NCBI RefSeq assembly: GCF_963921235.1
Contig: NC_086097.1
Coordinates: forward strand, 160,396,001-160,460,000
Source: Mobula hypostoma
Lineage: Eukaryota
DNA: 64,000 bases
Direction: 5' to 3'
Below, in pieces: positions 25,770-38,265 of the stretch (its first letter is position 1; the number at the start of each line of letters is the position of its first letter). The notes beneath the pieces were generated by a model. That model was not told the DNA's origin. It saw only the letters and a list, made by a program, of their open reading frames with translations, and did not search any database. Both the position numbers and the translations under genes were made by a program.

Positions 25770-26940
25770 AAATGACCCAGAATCTGACAAGAAGTCCAGA
25801 TACTACCAACGGAATACCATTTTGAGAGCGAAAAGGCAATTTCAAGCGAAGCTGGAGACACAGTCGGACACACAACAGCTGTGGAATGGTTTGCATGTCA
25901 TTATTTCCTATAAGGTGATCCATAATAGCATAAATGGCAGTGATGCTCCACTCCTTGATAAGCCCAAGGCCTTCTATGCATGCATTGGAAGGGAGAATAA
26001 CGCAACACCTGTATAAATCCCCACAACATCCAGTGAACCTGCGATCTATGTTTCGGAGACTGATGTCCAATAAAGGGTGAACCCGCGCAAGGTATCAGGC
26101 CCTGACAGTATACTTGGCAGGGTACCAAAAACCTGTGCTGACCAATTGGCTGCGGTGTTCAAGGTCGTCTTCAATCTCTCACTGCTGCAGTCAGAGGTTT
26201 CCACCGCCTTCAAATTGGCAGCAATTGCTCCAGTGTTCAAGAAGAAGTTGCCCCAATGATTGTTACCTGGTAGCAATTCACATCTACTGTAACAAAGTGT
26301 TTAGAGAGGTTGGTTATGGTTATGATAAATTCCAGCTTGATCAAGGACCTGGGCCCACTGCAATCTGCCTACTACCACAACAGGTCTGTAGCAGATGCAA
26401 TCTCATTGGCTCTCCACTAGGTTTTGGAACACCTGGACAACAGCTACACATTCATCGGGTTGCTGCTATTGATTTACAGTTCAGCATGCAACTCCGTCAT
26501 CCCCTCAAGTACTAATCAACAAGCTTCAACAACTGGACCTCTGTACTTCCCTGTGCAACTGGATTCCTAACTTCATTAGGCAGGAGACCATAGTCAGCAC
26601 AGACTAGTGATAAGATCACTTCCTCTCTGACAATTAACATAGGTGCATCCATTTCTGTCAACGCTTATGACAACGTGACTAGGTACAAATGACATCTATA
26701 AAATTGTTGATGACATCACTGTTGTTGGCAGAATCTCAGGTGGCGATGAGAAGGTGGACAGTTACAAAACAGATATTTCGGTTGAGTGGTGTCACAACAA
26801 CAATTTTACACAGTAGGTGTGAATGCTACCAGGCAATAGTCGTTAAGGCAGGCTACCCTGCTCTTCTTGAGCACCAGTATGAATGGTGCCCTTTGAAGCA
26901 GGTGGAACATCCAAATTACCTCTGGCACACCTTGGATGTG
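25770..26940 (+). mobile_element. Rex1-type LINE internal fragment with short inverted piece (26815-26940)
   Basis: VNPRKVSGPD..CADQLAAVFKVVFNLSL, DLGPLQSAY, IYKIVDDITVVG; final segment is the reverse complement of the IIPVLKK..LNDYCLVA region. Confidence 0.85.
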
Positions 26941-27014
26941 TGCTCAGCATACTGTTCTACTCGCTCTACGGATGGAAAACAGATCCAACTGAAGATAATG
27001 GAATCTGAAGCAAA

Positions 27015-27250
27015 AAAATTAAATGTTGGAGACACAAGGGATTACAGGTGGTGGAATCTGGAGCAGCAAACAATTTGCTGGAGAAACACTGCAGGCCAAG
27101 TAGCACCTGTGGAGAGAGAGGAAATGTCGACAGTTCATGTTGAAACCCTGCATCAGAACTGCTGGAAGAGCTCAGCCAGACAAGCAGCATCTGTGAAGAG
27201 AGAAACCAGTTAACACTTTGTAACAGGGACCCTTCCTCAGAACCAGAGGA
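27015..27250 (-). mobile_element. Tandem Penelope pLTR fragments with two degenerate hammerhead motifs
   Basis: Minus strand AGTT-CTGATGC-AGGGTTTCAACAT-GAA-CTGT-C-GACA (about 27125-27160) and GGTT-CTGAGGA-AGGGTCCC..GTTAACT (about 27207-27244). Confidence 0.6.
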
Positions 27251-28307
27251 ACAGTGGAGGGGTTACAGTTTTCAAAGCAGAGCTACGGGAGAGGAATAAA
27301 TTGTAAGGCTTAAGGAACAGAAAACTGAAAGTACTCAGTGGGTCATCAGCATCTGTGTAGCCTAAAAGTATAAGCTGATATTTCAGTTAAACATTGGACC
27401 AGTCCTAAAGAAGATTTCAGATGAAGATCATCTGAATTATAATATCTAGCTCAGATATGAAAAATAAAGTTGGATTTCAAATTCAATGCCTGGATTCCTT
27501 GGTTGAAATGCTACAAGTGTTCCTGCAGTCCCTCTGAGCTGAATTAAATGAGTATGATGTCTAAAGATATCAGCAATAAAGTAGTACTTGCTGCACACAG
27601 TATCTCAGAAATATCATTATATCATATTCATTGAAATGGGTGAATTACATTCGCACAAGAGCTTAGTGATGAGGATTAGCAAACTGCCATGGCAACCCAT
27701 TTGTACGGCTGAAATAAGGATTTAAGATGAGCATTTTTCTCCTCAAATCTTCTGATCTAATGTATTCTTTGCTGCAAATTCAAAACAGCAATGTCCAGTG
27801 CTCTCTTTCTCCAACAATCTGCACATCTTTAAATCCAAAGCAATATCACAGTTAATGTTTATTCATTATTCTGCTTTTCCGTCTGATTCTTTTCAGTCTT
27901 GGCTATGCCTGTGGTATGAAGTTCTTGGAAGATCACCAGGGCCCTTTGGCTTTTGACATACTTACAGCCATTGTGCACACTTGAACATCTGGCATTCACT
28001 TTCAAGTTAAGATGAAGGCTGCCCCCGATTGACTGGGTCTTACTGCCATGGAGTTTAATCTGAATTGTTCTGCAGATCACTTTTGCCCTTGGTAACTATT
28101 CCAAAGCCATTATGTTGCCTTCTATTTATAGGACGGTCTGGTTAGGCTAAGGTTGCTCTTAACTTTCTGTTTGTACTAGACAGATGTGGATATGTTTTCC
28201 CCAGCTGATGTGTGTATAGTTCCCCTCTACACTCTCCCTTGGTTTGACTCGTAGTCCGATCTTTCCTAGAAAAGGGGCAGCTGGTGGTATTTGTTAAAGT
28301 AAAATAC

Positions 28308-28590
28308 TGGCACAGTGGCGCAGTCCGCCATGCTTTACAGCAGCAGGTTCACTTCCTATCTCTGTCAGTGAGGAGCTGTTCCTTCTCCCTGTGACCGTGG
28401 GTTGCCTCCGGGTGCTCTGGCTTTCTCCCACAGTCCAAAGATATCTGGCTTAGGAGTAATGAGTTGTGGGCATGCACTGTTGTGTGCCGGAAGCACAATG
28501 GTGTTTATAGGCTGGCCCCGGGTCGTTGACGGAAAATGATGCATTCAGCTAGATGCCTTGGCGCACATTGTGACAAATAAAGATAATCTC
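28308..28590 (+). mobile_element. V-SINE
   Basis: GTGGGTTGCCTCCGGGTGCTCTGGCTTTCTCCCACAGTCCAAAG V-domain; GTGACAAATAAAG tail. Confidence 0.8.
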
Positions 28591-28899
28591 TATTCCTCAA
28601 GCAAAGGAAGTCAAGGCTGTGGACTGGTTCATGGAGTCAAAGCATTAATTGCAGAGCACATAATTGGGGAGGGGTGTGCAAGTTGGAGACAGGTGAGTAT
28701 CAACAGCATCTTCTGCAGGGGATTGGAAATCTGCACACCCTCACCCCACCCTTTTGGAGGTTGTAAGTGAGCACTAGATTTGCACACGCACATTCTATAC
28801 TGGATTTGTGGATGGAGGTCCATTCAGGTACAGGGTTCCAGGAAATGGGTGAGAGTAGAAATTATGAGTAGCTTTGAAACACATACAGTAACTAAGAAA

Positions 28900-29415
28900 G
28901 GATGTGCTGGCATTGGAGAGGGTCTAGGAGAGATTCTCAAAACTGATTCTGGGAATGAAAGAGTTAACATGCAGTATGAGTAATGATTGATAGCTCTGGG
29001 CCTGAACTCACTCACGTTTAGAAGAATGAGAGCGGAGGTGGGGGAAATCTCATTGAAACCTGCCAAATACTGAAAAGTCTAGATCGACTGGACATGAAGA
29101 GGGTGGTTCCAATTCTGGGGGAACTGTAGGACTAGAGGATATGGATAAAAGGTTGTCCCTTTAGAACGGAGATGAGGAAGAACTTCTTTAGCCATAGGCT
29201 AGTGATTCTGTGGAATTCATTGCCACAGATGGCTGTGGAGGTCCGGTCATTTGGTTTCTTTAAAGCAGAGGTTGATAGGTTCTTGGTCAGGATGTCAAAG
29301 GTTATGGGGAGAAGGCAGGGGAATGGAGCTGAGAGGACAAATAAATCAGCCATGATTGAATAGCAGAGAAGACGCGCTGGTCCGAATGGCCTAACTCTGC
29401 TCCTATGTCTTATAG
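28900..29415 (+). mobile_element. CR1 3' fragment
   Basis: MRKNFFSHRLVILWNSLPQMAVE; AATGGCCTAACTCTGCTCCTATGTCTTA tail. Confidence 0.88.
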
Positions 29416-31253
29416 ATCCTTGACATCATGATATGAAGAAACCCCAGTCTGACTGAGGTCACTGATGATCAGGAAGAAGACTCTACACCAGCTGAAATGG
29501 AATTAGAATCAGAAAAAGAAGCAGGTTAATTATCACTGACATATGCTGTGAAATTTATGGTTTTGCAGAACTAGTACAGTGCAATGCATAAATCAGATTC
29601 AGAATCAGGTTTATTATCACCAGGCAATGTCATGAAATTTGTTAACTTAGCAGCAGTACATAATATAGAAGAAAAAAACAAAATAAAATAATAATATTAA
29701 GTAAATCAAATATAGTATACATATATTGAATAGATTAAAAATCATGCAGAAAACAGAAATAATATATATTAAAAAAGTGAGGTAGTGTCCAAGGGTTCAT
29801 TGTCCATTTAGGAATTGGATGGCAGAGGGGAAGAAGCTGTTCCAGAATCGCTGAGTGTGTGCCTTCAGGCTTCTGTACCTCTTACCTGATGGTAACAGTG
29901 AGAAAAGGACATGCTCTGGGTGCTGGAGGTCCTTAATAATGGACACTGCCTTTCTGAGACACCGCTCCCTAAAGATGTCCTGGGTACTTTGTAGGCTAGT
30001 ACCCAAGATGGAACTGACTAGGTTTACAACCTTCTGCAGCTTCTTTCCGTCCTGTGCTGTAGCCCACCGCCCCCCCCCCACCTTACCAGACAGTGTGCAG
30101 CCTGTCAGAGTGCTTTCCATGGTACATCAATAAAAGTTTTTGAGTGCACTAGTTGACATACTAAACCTCTTCAAACTCCTAATGAAGTATAGCCACAGTT
30201 TTGCCTTCTTTATAACTACGTCGATACGTTGGGACCAGGTGAGATCCTCAGGATCTTGACACCCAGGAACTTGAAGCTGCTCACTCTCTCCACTTCTGAT
30301 CCCTCTATGAGGAGTGGTATGTGTTCCTTTGTCTTACTCTTCTTGAAGCCCACAATCAGCTTTTTTGTCTTACTGATGTTGAGTGCCAGGTTGTTGCTGC
30401 GACACCACCCCATTAGTTGGCATATCTCAGTCCTGTACATCATCTCGTCACCATCTGAGATTCTCCGAACAGTGGCTGTATCGTCAGCATATTTATAGAT
30501 GGTATTCAAGCTATCCCTAGCAGCACAGTCATGGGTGGATAGAGAGTAGAACAGTGGGCTAAGCATACACCCCTGAAGTGTGCCAGTGTTGATAGTCAGC
30601 AAGGAGGAGATTTTATCACCAAGCCACACAGATTGTGGTCTTCTGGTTAGGAAGTTGAGGATCCAATTGCAGAGGGAGGTACAGAGGCCCAGGTTCTGCA
30701 ACTTCTCAATCAGAATTGTGGGAATTTTGGTAATAAATGCTGAGCTATAGTTGATAAACAGCATCCTGACATAGGTGTTTGTGTTGTCCAGGTGGTCCAA
30801 AGCCATGTTCCACGAGCCATTGAAATTGTATCTGCCATTGACCTATTGTGGTGATAGGAAAACTGCAATGGGTCCAGGTCCTTGCTGAGGCAGGAGTTCT
30901 GTCTAGTCATGACCAACCTCTCAAAGCATTTCATCACTGTAGATGTGACTGCTACCGGGCGACAGTTATTAAGGCAGCTCACATTATTCTTCTTAGGCAC
31001 TGGTATAATTGTTGCCTTTTTGAAGCAAGCGGGAACTTCTGCCTGTAGCAGTGAGAGGTTGAAAATGTCCTTGAATACTCCCACTGGTTGGTTGGCACTG
31101 GTTTTCAGAGCCTTATCAGGTACTTCATCGGGATCTTCTGCCTTGCAAGGGTTCACTCTCTTCAAAGATAGCCTAATATTGGCCTCTGAGATCACAGGGT
31201 CATCAGATGCAGCAGGGATCTTCACAGCTGTAGTTATGTTCTCCCTTTCAAAG

Positions 31254-31480
31254 CTTCTTCACACAGAGAGTGGTGAATCTGTGGAATTCCCTGCCACAGG
31301 AAACAGTTGAGGCCAGTTCATTGGCTATATTTAAGAGGGAGTTAGATATGGCCCTTGTGGCTACGGGGATCAGGGGGTATGGAGGGAAGGCTGGGGCGGG
31401 GTTCTGAGTTGGATGATCAGCCATGATCATAATAAATGGCGGTGCAGACTCGAAGGGCCGAATGGCCTACTCCTGCATTT
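31254..31480 (+). mobile_element. Young CR1 3' fragment inserted in the Rex1 LINE
   Basis: Nearly identical to reverse complement of 19.57-19.80 kb; flanked by CTTTCAAA duplication. Confidence 0.92.
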
Positions 31481-31770
31481 ACTTTCAAAAAAAAAGTGGG
31501 CATAGAAGGCATTGAGTTCATCTGGTAGTGAAGCATCACTGCTATTCATGCTATTGGGTTTCACTTGGTAGGAAGTAATGTCTTGCAAACCCTGCCAGAG
31601 TAGTTGTACATCTGTGTCGCCTCCAACCTCATTCGAAATTGTCTCTTTGCCCTTGAAATAGCCCTCCGCAAATCATACCTGGTTTTCTGGTACAGGTCTG
31701 GGTCGCCAGATTTGATTGCCATAGATCTAGCCTTCAGCAGATGACGTACCTCCTGGTTCATCCGTGGCTT

Positions 31771-32634
31771 TTAGTTTGGGAATGTACAGTAAGTCTTTGT
31801 AGGTACACACTCATCTACACAGGTTTTGATGTAGTCGGTAACAACTGCTGCATACTCATCCGGGTTCGAAGATGAATCCCTGAATACAGTCCAATCCACC
31901 AATTCAAAGCAGACCTGTAGCCATTCCTGTGCTATCCTTGTCCATACCTTCTTGGTCCTCACTACTGGCGCTGCAGTCTTCAGTCTCTGCCTGTACTCAG
32001 GGAATAGAAGTACAGCCAGGTGATCAGACTTCCCAAAGTGAGGGCGTGGAATAACATGGTAGGCATTCCTGATTATGGTGTAACAATGGTCCAGTGTGTT
32101 GTTTCCTCTAGTATTGCAAGTGACCTGTTGATGGTAATTGCTTAGTGATTTTTTCAGACCGGCCTGGTTAAAATCTCCCAATACGATGGTGAAGGTGTTA
32201 GGGTGTGCTGTTTCATGCATTTTGATCCCATTGCTCAGATCATCTAAAGCCTGCTCAACATTGGCCTGAGGTGGAATGTATACTGCTATCAAAATGATCC
32301 CGGAGAACTCCCGCGGTAGGTAAAAAGGACAGCACCTAACTGCTAGATATTCCAGGTCTGGTGAGCAGAATTGGGACAGCACTGATATATTTGTGCACCA
32401 AGAAGAGTTGATCATGAGGCATACTCCTCCACCTCTGCTTTTGAGAGACTCTATAGATCTAACCTGACGGTGTATAGTAAACCTGTCGATCTGAATCGCT
32501 GCATCCGGTATGGAAGGGGTTAACCAGAATTCCGTGAAACAAAGGACACACGCGGTCCTAATGTCCCTCTGATTCAGCACCCTAGCTCTGAGATCATTGA
32601 TTTTATTCACCAGAGACTGCACGTTTGTCAGCAA
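31771..32634 (-). pseudogene. AP-like endonuclease domain of Rex1-type LINE (287-aa open frame)
   Basis: Conserved APE motifs N-V-Q-S-L, TE.WL, GDFN, D-H-C-Y, SDH. Confidence 0.9.
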
Positions 32635-33109
32635 GATAGTTGGTATTGGGAGTTTAAAACCCAGTTTCCATAGACACTCTTGTACCCCTGATCTACAGCC
32701 TTGTCAAACGACGGAATCCTATGAGGACGAATCCGTCCACAATCAGTATTTTTTCCGCCAGTCTTAAGCAACGATAGTTCATTTAAACCCATTAAGGCAT
32801 CTTTGTTGACTGTACTGACCTTGGAAGCAATTGTGCTTTTTAGCTGTATCAGGCTGAAACGAGAATATTTAATTGCATCCATTGAGAGTTCTGCTGCTAC
32901 TTGAGTCGCCACTAGGTGCCCCGAAAAATTACTATAAAAGTTACAATTAAAAATAATTAATTAATAATTAAATAAATAAAGAGTGAAAAAGAGAGAAGAA
33001 TAGTGAGATAGTGTTAATGCATTCATGGACCTGACAGAAATCTGTTGGCAGAAGGGAAGCAGCTTTTCCTAAAGTAAAATGGTGTAAAATGAGTAAAATG
33101 GTGGCCAGC

Positions 33110-33332
33110 ATAGTGAAGCAGGCCCTTCAATCTATCAACCCTGTATCATCCATTAGCCAGCCATTTGTACTGTTCATACATGAATTACATTTTTAAATTC
33201 TGCTTACATTGTCATCAACTACCCCTGGATTCTACCACTAACTTACTCACTAGGGACAATTACAGTGGCCAATTTACTTACCAACCCACACATTTTTGGG
33301 ATGTAGGAGGAAACCAGAGCCCCCAGAGAAAA
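33110..33332 (-). mobile_element. V-SINE 3' part
   Basis: GGGACAATTACAGTGGCCAATTTA..GGATGTAGGAGGAAACCAGAG (reverse V-domain). Confidence 0.65.
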
Positions 33333-35800
33333 TGTTGTTTATTGCCTACCATCACAGTATTAGTACAACACTGTAGGAACTTCTCAGGGCAATGGTCTGG
33401 ATTTTATCAAATTCTGCTGTATTTTCAAAGATGGCAAAAGTGAAGCTCTTTGTTAATAATTCCAGTATTCAGTTCTAAATTGAATTGCTGCTATGATACT
33501 TCAATCCTTCTCCGCATGCTGCAACAACTTCAGGCTCAGCGGTCAATAAGCATCTCCAACAAGTGCAGGCCTAATCAGCTTTCCTTTCCTTAATATCTCC
33601 AATCATCTACATCCAGGGACCATCTGGAGCTAAGATGGACCAGTTGTATAATTATTGTGAGAACATCTTAAAGGGTGAGGGCTCTGCAGTGACAGGCTCA
33701 ATTCCTGACCCCTCCAAGCTTTTTTCCAGCAACAAGACAAACATTAGAAAACTCTCTAAATAGCTGAATTTGTGTAGCTGCAAGAATAGTCAAGAATCCC
33801 AGCATTTTCCAAAACAAAACACGCAAGTTCATCTGTTACAAGGATTTTCCCTGAGTAATAATGATCAGTTAGGCACAGAAGATCCTGTATTTACTAATAA
33901 GTAACTTTATTGTCTCAACTGAACTGCACATGAATTTACACAAATGAATACCTGTGTGTACATCTACTAAGTTTCCCTGACCCTCCATGAATAGTCATAG
34001 AATAGAAAAGGTAATATCCAGAAAAGGGATCTAGACTGGCCAGGTGTTCTTCGTGGTTCCAATCTAATCTCCATGTGTCTGATGAGGAGGTCCTCCACAT
34101 CTGTGATGGTTGGTCCCCAGAGTGTTGTCATTGCCTTGCATTGGAAGCTCCTTACCCTTAAGCACTTATCAGTTCAAATGTTGTGTTTCCATCTCGTTGG
34201 CTCAAGGTAATCTGATTGACCTATGTCACCGTCTTACTGGCCTTGGTACAAGCCAACATGCATTTATTGCCCCTTTTCCACAACTGACAACTGGTAACTT
34301 ATGACCCTTCGTTCTAATTCAGTTACCAAACCAGTAACCAGCTCGAATCACTCAGGTCAGACATAGACAGCACCATTCACAAACTGCATGTTATATCATA
34401 CCAAAGAACACCCCATAAAAATGTCTTATTTGGAAATGATCTCTAGTCCAGCAGATTACCTGGAGCATTATTGTCTCTAAGACACTGATTCAACTGAGCA
34501 AAACTAGTTCATAAAATGGTGGATTTCGAGCAGCTTCGCAAAGTGGCAGCCTCTATTCATGGCATAAACAAAGATAATTAATCTGTCTACTTCCACTGTC
34601 CTTGTTTCATTCAAACTCACTGATTTGTGCACTGTCGTTCTTTCTGGCCAACACCCAGCACTTTCCAGAACAAAACACATCAGTTTATTAGTATGTTTCC
34701 AACTTCAGTCTTTCCCAGAAATGTACCATAGCTGCAATATGTACCATCTGAAATAAAGATTATAGACAACCAAAATGTCCTCATAAACAATCACATCTTA
34801 CATTTATTTATACTTTTGTTGAGATCAGGATGAGGAAGGTCCAATAGACATATCTACATAAAAACTTTTGACAAAAACTTCCACTTTAAGAAGCTTTGAG
34901 AACTGCTACATTACACTGATTGGATAATGAACTGGATTGTCAGGAGAGACTGGGCAGATTGGCAATTAGTGGGAGTTTCACAAAGATTAGTGATGGAAAC
35001 AATCCTCCTCATTGAGCTAAATGAGGTTGTTGCACATTTTCAGATAACACTAAGATTTACATAAATGTTTGTACAATAATGCATCACTGCTCCTAACTGG
35101 CAAATGAAGACAACTGGCCAAAGTGCAGGGCAAATGTTCAAAGTACCCTGAGTACATAAGCATGGAAAATGGAGATAAAAAAAGAGATTCAGATGCCCAA
35201 GGACATAACTCTGTAGATTTATGTAGTTTATATCAGATAGCAGTAACTGGAGCAGGTTGGGTGCTGAAATATTAAAGTATATTCAGAGTTCATTTTGGGT
35301 TCATATGGGATCATTTTACTCCAAGGTTCATTATATACTTGGTCCATACTTGGACCAAAGAGCTGAGTGAGAAGGTCAGCTCTTAATAAGAAGAAAACAT
35401 TACACCAAGTATGGTATCAAGGTTCTCAGATAAACTTGAATTCCCACAATTATCCAGCCTCTGCCACCCTTTGCGAATTTCAATATCCAAAGAGCAAACT
35501 GCCCAAGAAAAAGGAAAAAACTTCTAGCATCTACGATCAATACCTTCCTCCATACAAAATAAATATTTTGTACCATCTTATGAAACACTTCAGTGCAGAA
35601 TCTAGTAAATAACTGAGCTGCTTTTATATAATTGAGAAGATTATAATAAGCATCCTAAATGTCAGGAATGAACTTAGGGCATATTCATAAATTTTTTCTG
35701 TGTGTTGAACTCACTGTAAATGTGGACCAACTATGGATATCCAGCCCAATGACTAGTAAGGGTACATTATCATCTGCTGTTCTTTTATTCAACAATATTG

Positions 35801-35850
35801 CATCAGTTTTCTGTGACATAAACTCCATCAGTTTTCTGTGACATAAACTC
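35801..35850. repeat. Perfect 25-bp tandem duplication
   Basis: CATCAGTTTTCTGTGACATAAACTC x2. Confidence 0.95.
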
Positions 35851-38265
35851 CAGGGGATTCCTATTGATTTGGCAATGTGGTTCTTTCTTGAGAAGAATTC
35901 TTGTGTCATTAATCACTCTCATGAATAACTGACTTTCTGTGATGGCCTTATTTAATAACAAAGTGTCAATACCAAGGCAAGAACAGTTTAGTAGTCTTTT
36001 GCATGAGGATGTGCTGATAAGTTTTTTGAATGCTTGGCCCGCTATTTGAGAAGGATTAGCTGTATTAAATTCTTACACTGAAAGTAGTTGAGATCTTGAT
36101 TAGGATTAGAAATCAGATCTATTTCTGGTAAAATTACAAAAGACGACTGAAAGGAATCAGAAAGATTTTTTTAACGATGATCCAGCTCTGCATTAGTGCG
36201 ATATCCAATATTTTGATACAAATCTTGAATTGCCTTCCAAAAAAATTAACTTTCTTTACACGAATCTCCCTGGGAACACTGACGTAGTGTTATGTGGATA
36301 GCTTTATGATAAACATTCCACTCCAGTGTGCTGTTGGAAAATATTAGCAATTTTCAGAATGCAATCCAGCCATAAATAAAATTTAAACATTTTAAATTGT
36401 GCATTCACCCCTGTATTAGTGTTCACATTAGTAAATAATTAAGTATTTTGCTGCACTATCTATAATCATTTATATTTTATTTCAATCAGAATATGAGCCT
36501 GGCCTGCAAGACCAATTATTAAATCATTTTCAAATAAAATTACCAACAACCCAAATACCTGAACTTTTCAATCTGTACATTTTAAAGATATCAATTTTAA
36601 TATTATAGAATGACACAGCACAGGATTCCATTCAGGACACTGTGTCCTTTAGTTAGTCCCAATCACTTGACATTTCTCTTTAGAAGTTACTATTGAACCT
36701 GTTTTCACCACAGAAATTCAAATGCTGAATCTTAGATTGTAATATCTTACCGCATGTTTCTCCCCTTGTGTTACTTTTAGTTGTTTAGTCAATTTTCTTA
36801 GCTCTACTTCTTCCAGTTACCTACCTTAAGGAGATTTACTTTCTTTTAGCACAATTGGGAAAAGAGGTGGATATTTAGCAAAGAAAATGCTGAATTTTCT
36901 GGAATACCAAGGAAAGTCAAAAAGGGTGCCTTCCAGGATCCTTGAGTGTTAAAAATGGAAGTTTATTGCTCAGAACTGAAAGGTATTAAATAAGCTAAAA
37001 ATATTAACCAGAAGTTGAAATTCCATATTTCAAATAATAATTCGTAAATACCTTGCTGGTATCTGAAATTATTTCCAGTATTCATCTGATCTCAATCTGT
37101 AAATTCGGCAGAAGGTTAACAAAAACTGGAGAGAACAGGGGAATCAACCTCTGCTCTAAATGTCCATTGGGAATACAACAAGAAATCCAAGATCCCCTGT
37201 AGAAATTCTATACAAGAAAAAAATTATTCTATCCAGTGCAGCAAGGGAGGTATGATTGCATTTATTTTAAATAGCTTTAAACTTATTAAAATAGTGGACA
37301 GCAGAATCTCATAACAATCTGTCAAGCATTTACATTTAATATTCCCACTGCAACATTTCAAGGTCCATGTTTTCACTTTGATGCATTTTACAACTGACAA
37401 TACTTAAGATCACCACAGATGGTTTATGTCAGAGGTTCTCTGACTAATATAAAATACAAAGGCAACAGGGCAGTCTACTTTCCACCTTCCCATCTGGAGT
37501 ATAGATTTCTTGTAGATAGTGCTGGAAATATTCAATTAAATCGTTTTACTGCATATGGTAGAGCAACTTGATTGACATGTTTTTCCTGGACCGATTTCCT
37601 CTCAATGTAAAAGAACAAGACTATCTCACTCAAGCAACTTCAACTATTTTTCAGTATTGGCACAAGCGCCATCAAATCATCTGGTTTGTCTGTACTCGTA
37701 CAATGGATAAGATTAAAGAGCCTGTGATCATCCTTCTGATAACTTGAATGCTGAACACTGATGATAACTAAATATAGACTGCAAGCAATATACATGAATG
37801 TTCCAGCTAATTTACTGGCTAGGGGCCTGGAGATACAATTTAAGAGAAAATAAATTGTCGTGTGAGAGACTAGGTGGAAAAAGGCAGCTTAGTGAACAGG
37901 CTCCTGCATGGAGTGAAAATTAGATTTGATGCAGATGCTGGAAACCTGAAATTAAAATCAAACATGCTGGAAATGTCCACTTGGCAGCATTTCTAGAAAG
38001 AGACAAGAGTTCACACTGAAATGTGCTGGTAATGGCTTTCAAACCTTTCAAATATAAAGCAATAAGATTATTTCTCTTTCTACAGATGCTGTTTGACCTG
38101 CTCAATATTCCCAGCATCGTTGTTTTATCATTGTTTTATTCAATGTGGAGTGAATCTGACACAAACCCCGAAGTAAAAGAGTTTAAGGAAAAAAAAGAAC
38201 AAAGAAATTCACATTAGCATAAATATTACCTGCACAGAGTACAGAGGAGGTTTACTAAAATGTTG

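Larger units (their letters stand above)
29593..32922 (-). mobile_element. Near-full-length Rex1/Babar-type LINE (APE endonuclease + RT), frameshifted
   Basis: ORF 31771-32634 APE (NVQSL, CFTEFWL, GGGV, VYIPP, GDFN, TLDHCY, SDH); ORFs 30710-31225 and 30216-30806 RT ([27 protein letters not shown]); N-terminal ORF 32628-32912; (CTGAAT)n-like tail; nested in an older Rex tail (29505-29592 / 32923-33075). Confidence 0.95.
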
